NCBI GenBank assembly: GCA_937928085.1
Contig: CALFVU010000002.1
Location: 4,314-68,313 of the forward strand
Reading direction: 5' to 3'
Source: an uncultured bacterium
Lineage (GTDB): Bacteria; Spirochaetota; Leptospiria; Leptospirales; Leptonemataceae
DNA length: 64,000 nt
Position numbers and translations under genes: made by a program
Shown here: one piece after another, positions 40,386-49,650 of the stretch
Layout of the letters: each line of letters starts with the position of its first letter
Position numbering within the stretch: the stretch's first letter is position 1
The notes under the pieces: model-generated
Told to the model about the DNA's origin: nothing
Seen by the model: only the letters and a program-made list of their open reading frames with translations
Database searches by the model: none

Positions 40386-42358
40386 TAAAAAACTATGAAT
40401 TTCTAAACTTATTTAAAGAATCTGAAGCAGCACTTCGAGGTTCACAGGTAACAGAAAAAGTTCATCATGCAATTTTTAAAAAAATACAAAGTTTAACAAA
40501 CATTACTTATATTCGTTCAGGACGATTATATAATTTAAACGTTCCAATTCAAGAATTGCAGTCTTTAAATTTACCTAAAACTTCATACATAAGTGCGTTA
40601 AAAAATCTGATTACTGATAAACTGATTCTTCAGCTGTGTGTATTTGATTTTATAAAAGAAACTCAAGAATTAAAGATTCATTCTTGTTATCTTTCTTTAC
40701 CATTAGATGAAAATATTTCCTTGAAGAATTTATATAATGAGGTGATCTTTTATTCTGTTAATCATATTGCTGAGTACATTCGTAGTAAACCAATAGTACA
40801 AAAAAAAGAGCTTTTACAAGATCTTGAATATGATTTTAAATCTACTCAAAAACCCCCTTACGAAAAACTAACAAATATTTTATTTGATCCAACGTATTAT
40901 ATTGTTCCAAGTGTTTTTGATGTTCAGCCCGATCCGGAGATTGTTACAAACATAAAAAAAGATTTAAGATATGAACTGATCAAACAAAAGGTTCTTTTAG
41001 AGGTTTTTGAATACGGGACAATGCAGAATAAAGAAGAAGAATTGATGATTCGATACGAGGCAGCGAATGAATTTATGAGAAATAAGATTGTTTCTAAATA
41101 CAAAACTGAACCCAATTTAAAAATGGAATTAGATGCAATTTTTTTACAAGAGTCAGCTTATTATTTCGATCCTTTTGTTCCCAAAACAACTGAATATTCT
41201 AAAAAAATAGCAGAAGCAATAAAAAAAAATATTTTATCTAAGTTTAATACAGTTCGGTTTCCGGGTTTACTTTGCATTGAAGTTATAAGAACTCTTGCAG
41301 ATAGTGTATACGAATTAATGGCAAAACAATATAAAGATGAACTATACAAACAAGTTAATTATTATACAGAGAAATTAAAATCTTTCATAAATCAAGACGA
41401 TGGAGATTTGGTTATGTATCTTACACAAGAAGAAGTGGAACAAATAAATCCAAAAGTATTTGATTTTATCTTAAATTCTAATGAAATTATGAACTTAAAA
41501 TGGAATCTTAAAGAAGGTATTGTTTTTGTACTAGCATATAAACAAGAAGAGATTTTTTATAAAATTGTGAATATGCTTTTAAAACAAAATAAGATTGAAA
41601 ATTGGAAAATCCTTGCTTTGAAATTTCTTATAGAAAAATACGAAAACCATTTTCCGAATTTGTTTTCCAATAAAGATTTCAAAGATGCTTACGGAAAACT
41701 ATTACGAAAAGCTTATATTGATTATATGCCCTGGTATTTTAAACTATTAATTTATTTTAATTTTCCGTGGTTTCAAGATTATGCATTTAAAATAGCAAAA
41801 GAAAAGATTAATCGAGAACAGCTTATATTGGATGAGCTTAATCAATCTAAATGGGAAGAAAGAAAAATGCAACAAATGCAAGAAAAAAAAGAAAAACTTG
41901 AAAAAGCAACAGAAATTACTCAGATTGTTCGAATTATGGATAAGGTTCAAAATTTTTTTTCAGAAGGAGAATTACCTACAACAAACAATATTTTACTGGA
42001 ATTAGTAGGTTGGGAAGAAAAACAACTTTTAGATTTTTTACAACAACAAAATTTTGTTTTATTTCCTTTAAAAGAAGAAAAAGTGATTCTTTATCCAAAT
42101 AATTTTAATTGGAAAATATATGCAAATCGTATTATACAAGCTATAAATGAAAACTTAAATTCAAAAAAAAATATATCAGTAGAAAAGAATGAAGCAAACT
42201 TAATCAAGATTCGTTCGTTTTTAGAGTCAAAACTAAAATCGAATCAAATCACAGATATAGAAGTAGATCCTTACAAAAAATTAAAAAAAGCAATTCAAAA
42301 AGAGAAAAATAAAGAAAAATATGATGAAAAACAAGACTTAGAAGAAATTGAAATTTAA
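40382..42358 (+). CDS. hypothetical protein, 658 aa, with a K/E-rich coiled-coil segment
   Basis: Long uninterrupted ORF with ATGA overlap to the LOG gene. No recognisable catalytic motif. Confidence 0.75.
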   Translation: MIKNYEFLNLFKESEAALRGSQVTEKVHHAIFKKIQSLTNITYIRSGRLYNLNVPIQELQSLNLPKTSYISALKNLITDKLILQLCVFDFIKETQELKIHSCYLSLPLDENISLKNLYNEVIFYSVNHIAEYIRSKPIVQKKELLQDLEYDFKSTQKPPYEKLTNILFDPTYYIVPSVFDVQPDPEIVTNIKKDLRYELIKQKVLLEVFEYGTMQNKEEELMIRYEAANEFMRNKIVSKYKTEPNLKMELDAIFLQESAYYFDPFVPKTTEYSKKIAEAIKKNILSKFNTVRFPGLLCIEVIRTLADSVYELMAKQYKDELYKQVNYYTEKLKSFINQDDGDLVMYLTQEEVEQINPKVFDFILNSNEIMNLKWNLKEGIVFVLAYKQEEIFYKIVNMLLKQNKIENWKILALKFLIEKYENHFPNLFSNKDFKDAYGKLLRKAYIDYMPWYFKLLIYFNFPWFQDYAFKIAKEKINREQLILDELNQSKWEERKMQQMQEKKEKLEKATEITQIVRIMDKVQNFFSEGELPTTNNILLELVGWEEKQLLDFLQQQNFVLFPLKEEKVILYPNNFNWKIYANRIIQAINENLNSKKNISVEKNEANLIKIRSFLESKLKSNQITDIEVDPYKKLKKAIQKEKNKEKYDEKQDLEEIEI

Positions 42359-42434
42359 TACTTTGAAGTTTTTTTTATATTTTAATAATTAAAAATAAAT
42401 TTGCAATAAAAAAGCCAAAAAAAATGTTCATCAT

Positions 42435-43391
42435 ATGGAAACTATAGTACTGATTGAAGAATTAAAAGAAAAAGTAAAAAGACTAGAAAATGAAAACAGA
42501 TATTTAAAAGAAGAATTAAATTATATAAAAGAATCTCCGTATCTTCAAAGATCGATTACAACATTGCGTTATGAAGCTATCATCAATAGAGAAGAAGTAA
42601 TTTCAAATGAGTTTGGCAAGAAAATCAATGAAAAACATGGCACTATGTATGAAATTAAAAATCAAGCATTTCGTTTTGCCACATTAGTTGGGGTAGATCC
42701 AGTATCGGTTCGATTGATGGTAACAGAAGCTATACAAAATGCTATAGAGCATGGTTATGGAAAATATGTGATTGTAAATATAGAAATTCATAATGATCCA
42801 GTAAATCCATATATTATGTGTAGTTTTAAACACGAAATGCCACCTGGTAAATCTTATACACTCAAGGAAATCGAAGAAAATGTCCAAAAAGGAGATGCAA
42901 CATCTGAATATTTCGATTTCGAAAGTAGCCGTGGTAGAGGTGAATTTATTATGAAAGAATTGACTGACGAAAGAAGGATCATAAATGGAATAGAAATAAA
43001 CCCTGATGGAAAAAAAATACGATATTTTAAAAGAATCTTAATTAAGTATAAAAATCCTGAAGGACCAAGAGAAAAGATAACGTTTTCTGAACTAAAAAAA
43101 GAAATTGACAAGCTGGATGTGGATGATGTAGTTTGCTATTTTCATGTAAGTCACGTTCAATCAGAACCTGTTGCTGTTACTATAGCTACCTTAAAGTCTA
43201 GTGCTAAAAAAGTAGCGGAATTAATGGAATTTCATAATTTCAAATTAGTCGAAGAAGAACCGTATTATAGAACCATTTTTGCCACATATAAAACATCTCA
43301 TTACATAAGTAAAGAAGAGCTACTATCTCTTTTTAAAAAAGTTCGATTCATTGTTCAGCAAGAGTTTGATAAGCCATTATTAGAAAAATAA
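42435..43391 (+). CDS. coiled-coil protein with an RsbW/SpoIIAB-like (HATPase_c_2) core and an unknown C-terminal domain
   Basis: N-box-like VTEAIQNAIEHGYGK and G2-like SRGRGEFIMKELTDE. No clear DxGxG G1 box. N-terminal heptad region LIEELKEKVKRLENENRYLKEEL. Confidence 0.55.
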   Translation: METIVLIEELKEKVKRLENENRYLKEELNYIKESPYLQRSITTLRYEAIINREEVISNEFGKKINEKHGTMYEIKNQAFRFATLVGVDPVSVRLMVTEAIQNAIEHGYGKYVIVNIEIHNDPVNPYIMCSFKHEMPPGKSYTLKEIEENVQKGDATSEYFDFESSRGRGEFIMKELTDERRIINGIEINPDGKKIRYFKRILIKYKNPEGPREKITFSELKKEIDKLDVDDVVCYFHVSHVQSEPVAVTIATLKSSAKKVAELMEFHNFKLVEEEPYYRTIFATYKTSHYISKEELLSLFKKVRFIVQQEFDKPLLEK

Positions 43392-43433
43392 TTTTTCTTG
43401 CTTTTTATTCTGATTTTTTATGATTCGTTTTCT

Positions 43434-44405
43434 ATGAATAAAAAGCCTTTTTTAATTGCAACTGCAAGTGATAAAAAATATGGTGATTTCTTAATTGAAC
43501 ATTGGTATTTCTCTTTAAAAGAAAATGTAAAATTAAAAAAAATAGATATTCTTGTTTTAGATTATGGTCTTTCGAAAGCACAAAAATTTTATTTGGAAAA
43601 ACATAAGATTAAAGTACAACCTTGCGTTCGAGACGGACATGTAGTGAATCTTCGATTTAGAGACTTATTTGAATTTTTAAAAAATCATCAATATGATCAA
43701 ATTCTTACTTGTGACAGTGGCGATATAGTTTTTCAGGATGATATTTCTCATCTTTTTGAAGAACATACAGATGAATATAGAGCTGTTTGCGAAGAACTTG
43801 CTCCATTTTTTGATTTTTTTATCACGACAGATTATTTTTATCAAGAAGATATTAAAGAACTAGAAGAAACTTTACTTTTTAAAAAAATGATTAATGCAGG
43901 ATTTCTTATTGCACCGTACAATAAAATGTCTTTTTTATGTAAAATGATTGTTGAGAAGACAAAAGATAAATCGAAATTTGGACCTGATCAAATTCTTATC
44001 AATTATATACTTCATAAATATGGATTTGTTCAACTTCCCACAAAATATAATTTTATTCCAGTGACTTCTTTAGATAAATTTTCTATTGTCAATGGAGTTT
44101 TTTATGATCAAAATCAAAATAAAATTCCAGTAGTTCATAATGCAGGAAATTTGAATTTTTTTCGAGCTATAGAAAATTTTGGATATGGAGAAAACTATAA
44201 TGTTTTAAAAGAAGATATTTTAAAAGCTCTTAGAACTCTTTATAGCTCTTTACAAATCGTGAATAAACCAAAAAGAGAAATCCTTATTCTTTCCAAAAAA
44301 ATAGAAGAATTTATCCAGAGTACTACAAAAATAAGCTTATCTCAAACGTATGAAAATCAAAAACATATTTTAGAAAAATTTTTAAAATTTATAGATAAAA
44401 AATAA
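43434..44405 (+). CDS. GT-A fold glycosyltransferase, GT8-like (tentative)
   Basis: CDSGDIVFQDD (DxD-like), INAGFLI, GPDQILINY and VVHNAG resemble GT8 blocks. ATG 43434 is preferred over the track TTG 43398. Confidence 0.5.
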   Translation: MNKKPFLIATASDKKYGDFLIEHWYFSLKENVKLKKIDILVLDYGLSKAQKFYLEKHKIKVQPCVRDGHVVNLRFRDLFEFLKNHQYDQILTCDSGDIVFQDDISHLFEEHTDEYRAVCEELAPFFDFFITTDYFYQEDIKELEETLLFKKMINAGFLIAPYNKMSFLCKMIVEKTKDKSKFGPDQILINYILHKYGFVQLPTKYNFIPVTSLDKFSIVNGVFYDQNQNKIPVVHNAGNLNFFRAIENFGYGENYNVLKEDILKALRTLYSSLQIVNKPKREILILSKKIEEFIQSTTKISLSQTYENQKHILEKFLKFIDKK

Positions 44406-44553
44406 GACATAAGACATCTTATCGGAAGTATTCGTTTATATAGCTTATTCCTTCGTATGATCAATCAAAAACCAAGAATTTGAAATAAAAAAAACTTGCT
44501 TATGTAATTTTTAAGTTTTATTTGACAATAAAATTTAAATTCTTTTAGTTACA

Positions 44554-45411
44554 ATGGACACACCTGATATATCGAAAGAAAAAGTAGAAGCATACTTAAA
44601 TCAAATTAAAGATTTAAATGTAATTCCACCTGTATTGATCCAGGTTATGGCTTTACCTGATGATAATGAGCTTTCTTTTAAAGAATTGAGTAAACTTGTG
44701 CAAACTGATCAAATCTTAGTCTCTAGAATTCTAAAAATAGCTAACTCCCCTTTTTATAATCGAGGTATAGAAATCACTTCTTTACAAAATGCTATTGCTC
44801 GATTAGGCTTTCGACTTATACGTTCTATGATTGTAGTGGCAATGAATGATTCAATTTTTGCTTACGGTAATTATAGAAAATTTAAAGAAGAAGTTTGGCA
44901 ACACTCTATAGCAAAAGCAATTTATAGCACAAAACTTATTGAAGATTTTATTGGAAAACAAGAGATCGATAAAGGAATTATTGGTGGCCTTTTACAAGAT
45001 ATAGGTAAAGTAATCTTAAACATAATTGATAGAAAAAAATATGTAGAAGTTTTAAAAGAATTTTTAGAAACAAAACGAGATATACGTCAAATAGAAATCG
45101 AAAAATTCGGAGTAGATCATATAATTATGGGTTATTTGGCATGTAAGCTCTGGAAATTACCAAAATTTGTAGAAAGTGTAATTTATGAAAGACATATGCC
45201 CATAGAAAAGAAAAGTACTTACGGAATTTTAATTACTTTTTCAAACTGTTTAGTTAGAAAAGCTGGTTTTGGTTTATTCACTGATATTCATGACAAAGAT
45301 TTAAAAGAATGTGTAGAATTCTTAAAAATTAATTTAGAAAATTATTCTATAGAAACTATACAAGATTTTATTAAAAAACATGAATTATATAAAACTATTT
45401 TTTATTTATAA
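44554..45411 (+). CDS. HDOD domain protein (HD motif degenerate: LLQDIGK)
   Basis: HDOD pattern (PPVLIQVMAL...ELSKLVQTDQILVSRILKIANSPFY...LGFRLIRSMIV). Confidence 0.85.
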   Translation: MDTPDISKEKVEAYLNQIKDLNVIPPVLIQVMALPDDNELSFKELSKLVQTDQILVSRILKIANSPFYNRGIEITSLQNAIARLGFRLIRSMIVVAMNDSIFAYGNYRKFKEEVWQHSIAKAIYSTKLIEDFIGKQEIDKGIIGGLLQDIGKVILNIIDRKKYVEVLKEFLETKRDIRQIEIEKFGVDHIIMGYLACKLWKLPKFVESVIYERHMPIEKKSTYGILITFSNCLVRKAGFGLFTDIHDKDLKECVEFLKINLENYSIETIQDFIKKHELYKTIFYL

Positions 45412-45474
45412 AGTTTTATAAATACAAATATTTTTTAACAAAACTAGTATAACAATAAAATGTTTTTTTGTTTA

Positions 45475-46758
45475 TCAAAGATTTAAAACTTTGTATGCTT
45501 TTATTTTGATTGTTTTTCCTTTTAAATCAACAGAAGGAATTTCTATAAAGCGATATTTATTTTTTACATCTTCTGATAGATATTTTACTAAATCTTCGTT
45601 AACAATCACTTCTCCAGCTCCTGATATTGACTCTAATCTAGAGGCTATATTGACAGTATCTCCTATAGCAGTATAAGATAATTTTTGAAAAGAACCAAAA
45701 TTTCCCAAAATTGCAACTCCAGAAGCTACTCCAATCCCCATTTTAGCATCAATCCCAAAATTTTTTTGCCAATTTTTATTCCATAAATCAAACACAGATT
45801 GCATCTCCATAGCTGATTGCAAAGCAGAATCTCTATGTTTAGGATCAGGTAAAGGAGCACCAAAAAGTGCCATTACTGAATCGCCTATATATTTATCAAT
45901 TAAAGCATTATAGCTCAATAACACTTCTGTCATTGAGGTAAAATATTCATTTAAAAAAGCAACAATTTCTTTTGGCTTCATTTTTTCAGCTAAGGATGTA
46001 TAACCTCGAATATCTGCAAATAGGACACTAATTTCTCTCTCCTCTCCTTTTTGTTCTAAGGGGATTTGACCAGAAATTACACCTTGTATAATATTAGGAT
46101 CTACATAAAGACCAAAAATTCTTTGTATTTGATTTTTCTCTTCTTCTAATCGAATTTTGTTTTTATATTCCTTTTCTAATTCTTCTTTCATTATACGAAC
46201 CATTTCTTTTAGATCTTGAATCTGTTCTTCAGAAATTCCTTTACTGATTTGTATTTTTCTCATAGAGTCTTCAATTTGTTTATAAAAAATTTTATTTTGA
46301 AATTGAATTCTAAGTAAATTCCTTAGCTTGTATTCTAATTTAAATAAGTCTAAATGTTTTTTTTGAAAGAAATCTATAATACCCATTTTAAAAAGATAAT
46401 CTTCGAACATAACTTCGCTATAATTAGTAATTACCACTACCGGGATTTCTGAAAGTAAAGGATCATTCATTAACTCATCGATAAATTCGGCTGGATCCGC
46501 ATCCCATAATGCTTCTGTAATTAAAAAATCTATATTTTTTTTTTGAATGAGAGGTTTAATTGTCTCTTTTAGATTTGTAGTATATATACAAACGTATTCA
46601 CGAAACCAAAATTCTAATCGTTTTTGTAACTTTTCTAAAAAATTCAAATCAGGATCTGCTATAAGGATATTGATAGTATCTTGTTCAAATAAGTCTTTTT
46701 TATTACTTAGAATTTCCTCGCTAAGATGGTTTAAATTTTCTAAATCCAAAGGTTCCAT
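45475..46758 (-). CDS. receiver-domain / class III adenylate-guanylate cyclase fusion
   Basis: N-terminal CheY-like domain, a coiled-coil linker and cyclase motifs (VLFADIRGYTSLAE, GDSVMALFGAP, YTAIGDTVNIASRLE). Confidence 0.9.
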   Translation of the reverse strand: MEPLDLENLNHLSEEILSNKKDLFEQDTINILIADPDLNFLEKLQKRLEFWFREYVCIYTTNLKETIKPLIQKKNIDFLITEALWDADPAEFIDELMNDPLLSEIPVVVITNYSEVMFEDYLFKMGIIDFFQKKHLDLFKLEYKLRNLLRIQFQNKIFYKQIEDSMRKIQISKGISEEQIQDLKEMVRIMKEELEKEYKNKIRLEEEKNQIQRIFGLYVDPNIIQGVISGQIPLEQKGEEREISVLFADIRGYTSLAEKMKPKEIVAFLNEYFTSMTEVLLSYNALIDKYIGDSVMALFGAPLPDPKHRDSALQSAMEMQSVFDLWNKNWQKNFGIDAKMGIGVASGVAILGNFGSFQKLSYTAIGDTVNIASRLESISGAGEVIVNEDLVKYLSEDVKNKYRFIEIPSVDLKGKTIKIKAYKVLNL

Positions 46759-46830
46759 TGATTCGATTTTATTTTTCGATTATTTCTGTCAAACGAATCA
46801 AAACTCCAAAGAATCATATATTTTTCGATT
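46758..46830. promoter_or_regulatory. repeat-bearing divergent control region between the cyclase and UGPase genes
   Basis: Inverted repeat TTGATTCG (46758..46765) / CGAATCAA (46794..46801), plus a 12-nt direct repeat TATTTTTCGATT at 46770..46781 and 46819..46830. Confidence 0.25.
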
Positions 46831-46864
46831 GATTTTTTAAATTCATGGTTAAATTTAGATCGAT

Positions 46865-48274
46865 ATGGTTTTACTTGATTTCGAAACAATTTTAAAAGCA
46901 AATCTCCAGAGAATGAAAGATTTTGGTTTAAATTCTTATATTATAGAAGATTTCACTGAAAAATTAAAAAAAGTATATAATGGAGAAACAGGTTTTATTG
47001 ATTTTAAATATGTTTCTGAACTTTCTAAAGAAGATATCATTGATTTAAAAGATTTAAGATTCCAGCTTGATTATGATTCTACCATTAGTAAAGAGATTTC
47101 CAAAAAAATAGCACTCATTAAATTAAATGGTGGGCTTGGTACTTCAATGGGGCTTGATAAAGCAAAAACTTTGTTAAAAATCAAAGATCATTTTACTTTT
47201 TTGGATATTATTTTAAAACAAGTTTTTTATTTAAGAGAAAAAACCCAAACTCCAATCCCTTTATTATTTATGAATTCTTTTAATACCTCTGAAGATACAT
47301 TAAATTATCCCGGTGTTTACGGGTTAAATCAAAAATTAAATCTTCCCGAAGCATTTATACAAAATCAGATACCGAGAATTGAAAAAGAGACATTACTTCC
47401 CATAGGAGATGGAAAAAGTTCAAAAGATTGGTGTCCTCCGGGACATGGAGATGTGTTCCTAGTTTTATATTCATCTGGTCTTTTAGACAAATTCTTAGAG
47501 AAAGGGATTGAATATATTTTTCTCTCTAATGGAGATAATTTAGGAGCTATTTATGAACCATCGATCTTAGCTTATATGATTGAGGAAGATTTAGATTTTA
47601 TTAGCGAGGTTACTTTAAAAACTCCAGCAGATATCAAAGGAGGTATTTTATATAGAAATCGGATTTCTCAAAGAATCGAATTATTAGAAACTGCTCAGGT
47701 TCCCCCGGAAAATAAAAAAGATTTTGAAGATACTACACGATTCAAAGATTTTAATATCAATAATTTATGGGTAAATATAAAATCTTTAAAAGAGCTACTT
47801 CTAAAAGAAAGTTTAAGTTTACCTTTAATTGTAAATCCAAAACATATTGATGGTCGAGAAATTCTTCAGTTAGAAAGTGCCATGGGATCTGCCATAAGTA
47901 AATTTACAAAAGCAAAAATAATTCGCGTTCCTAGAACCCGTTTCGCACCCGTAAAAAAATGTAATGATTTATTAGTAAAACGAAGTGATGCATATATTTT
48001 AACCGAAAAATATGCTCTAGTTCCGAACCCAGAACTACAAAAAGAACCAGTTGTACATTTAAGTAAAGATTATGAAAAAATTTCTGATTTTGAACAATTA
48101 TTTTTAGTCATTCCTTCTTTAGTAAAATGCCATTCTTTTACCATAGAAGGAAAATTTAAATTTGATATTCCGGTGAAAATAGAAAAAAATGTAAGTTTAA
48201 ATAACCCAACAGACCAAATCATCAAAATTTCAGAATATTTACAAAATCATCATGTTCAAAATATAACTCTTTAA
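46865..48274 (+). CDS. UTP--glucose-1-phosphate uridylyltransferase, eukaryote-type UDPGP family
   Basis: KLNGGLGTSMG and PPGHGDVF motifs, 469 aa. Not GalU-like. Confidence 0.85.
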   Translation: MVLLDFETILKANLQRMKDFGLNSYIIEDFTEKLKKVYNGETGFIDFKYVSELSKEDIIDLKDLRFQLDYDSTISKEISKKIALIKLNGGLGTSMGLDKAKTLLKIKDHFTFLDIILKQVFYLREKTQTPIPLLFMNSFNTSEDTLNYPGVYGLNQKLNLPEAFIQNQIPRIEKETLLPIGDGKSSKDWCPPGHGDVFLVLYSSGLLDKFLEKGIEYIFLSNGDNLGAIYEPSILAYMIEEDLDFISEVTLKTPADIKGGILYRNRISQRIELLETAQVPPENKKDFEDTTRFKDFNINNLWVNIKSLKELLLKESLSLPLIVNPKHIDGREILQLESAMGSAISKFTKAKIIRVPRTRFAPVKKCNDLLVKRSDAYILTEKYALVPNPELQKEPVVHLSKDYEKISDFEQLFLVIPSLVKCHSFTIEGKFKFDIPVKIEKNVSLNNPTDQIIKISEYLQNHHVQNITL

Positions 48275-48333
48275 AATTTATTATTATCAATATTGGAATA
48301 AAATCATGTATATCAAAATAAAAAGCAAAAAAA

Positions 48334-49575
48334 TTAGAGAAACAAATTGAAAAGATTTTGTATCAGTTTATGGAGAAATGTTAAATTTCCAATAGTTAAT
48401 CCAGTAGATACTAAAGTTATAATCCAAAATAGTTTTAAAACTCTATTTTGATATAAAGCTTTTACTAAATTTTTAAAACTATTAGTATCTTCTGCAATAC
48501 TTTCGAAATCTTTTACTTTTGGTTTACGAATTGTTACCTCTGATAAAGCAGAGAACATCCATAATCGAGTTCCGGGTATAAAGATAGAAAAAGGAGCGAA
48601 TAATATAGTAATTAAAATCGTAAGTGGGTGTGCAAATGCAAGAATCGCTCCTAATCCAGCTCCTAAACTTCTACTAATTGCCCATACAAGAATCAATTCT
48701 TTTGCAGATTCTTTTTCTTGTAAAAAAAGAATAGTAAAAATAGCAATCATTAAAGTTATACCAATCCACATAAAAATTGTTCGATAAGGTCGAGGTTTTG
48801 GAACTATACTTAATTCTTCTAAAGAGAATTTTTTTCTCTCTCTTAAAAAGTTCGAAATACCTTTAAGATGCCCGGCACCAATCACAACAAAAATTTTGAT
48901 ATTCTTTTTCTTATGTTCTTGATTCATTATTTCGTTAATTGATTGTACCATATACTTATCTCTTTCTTCTAATATGATTTTTTTTATTTTGGTATATCTC
49001 GAAGGAATATTTTCAAAAAGATCTTCAAGAACATCTTTTTGTTTTAACTTCTCTATTTCTTCTTCTGTAATCTTGTCTGGAACTAAAAGACTCAAAATCA
49101 AATAGTTAATGAGCCAAATTTTATCTCCTAACGAAATATTTCTCCAAGCTCTAAGTAATGTAATTCGTATCTCTCTATCAATAAAAGAAATCGGTATTTT
49201 TTTTTCTATTGCGATTTCAATTGCTTTTTTCATTTCTGAGCCAGGTTTTACTTTAACTTCTAAACCTATTTTTTTTTGCAAAGAAGAAAGAAAAAGATTA
49301 CTTGCTAAAAGAGCTAATTTTTTTTCTTTAATTACTTTGACTATATCTAACTCCTTCCACCGATCAGGATTGAAAAGGGATTCATAACGAGATTTACAAA
49401 GTTCTACACAAATAATATCGGGTTTAAACTTTAAAATTCCTTTTTCTACGTCATCAATCGAATCTTTTGAAACATGAGCAGTTCCTAAAAGAAAAATTGT
49501 ATAATGATTTCGATGATTTCTACGTTTTATAATTTCGTAAGGTCCTTTAATAAAATTGTTTTTTTTAGATTCCAT
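48334..49575 (-). CDS. TraB/PrgY/GumN-family protein with a C-terminal membrane domain
   Basis: LGTAHVSKDS and EERDKYM motifs plus C-terminal TM helices. ATG 49575 is preferred. The track start 49644 would almost abut cheD. Confidence 0.8.
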   Translation of the reverse strand: MESKKNNFIKGPYEIIKRRNHRNHYTIFLLGTAHVSKDSIDDVEKGILKFKPDIICVELCKSRYESLFNPDRWKELDIVKVIKEKKLALLASNLFLSSLQKKIGLEVKVKPGSEMKKAIEIAIEKKIPISFIDREIRITLLRAWRNISLGDKIWLINYLILSLLVPDKITEEEIEKLKQKDVLEDLFENIPSRYTKIKKIILEERDKYMVQSINEIMNQEHKKKNIKIFVVIGAGHLKGISNFLRERKKFSLEELSIVPKPRPYRTIFMWIGITLMIAIFTILFLQEKESAKELILVWAISRSLGAGLGAILAFAHPLTILITILFAPFSIFIPGTRLWMFSALSEVTIRKPKVKDFESIAEDTNSFKNLVKALYQNRVLKLFWIITLVSTGLTIGNLTFLHKLIQNLFNLFL

Positions 49576-49650
49576 AATGGCGTCTTTTTCAAAAAAAGAT
49601 TGATAAAAAACCATAAATATTTTAAATGTTATTCTGTAATTCAAAATCCT

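Noticed and set aside
44406-44553. Longest spacer examined for a small RNA, riboswitch or terminator (ATAAGACATAAGACATCTTAT repeat/hairpin just after the GT8-like gene)
   Set aside because: The hairpin is only 5 to 6 A/T-rich bp with a 2 to 4 nt loop and no T-tract. No conserved riboswitch core is recognisable, and the only ORF is 8 codons. It most likely holds just the promoter region for the HDOD gene.
45412-45474. Possible bidirectional terminator between the convergent HDOD and cyclase genes (AACAAAA ... TTTTGTT)
   Set aside because: The stem is 7 bp of A/T only, with a loop of about 19 nt or more. That is too weak to call an intrinsic terminator.
49504-49650. 49-aa N-terminal extension of cheD in the ORF track
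   Set aside because: The extension overlaps the TraB-family gene on the other strand and has no CheD-like sequence. ATG 49651 gives a normal-length CheD starting MKISEENIIYVGVSEWKV.
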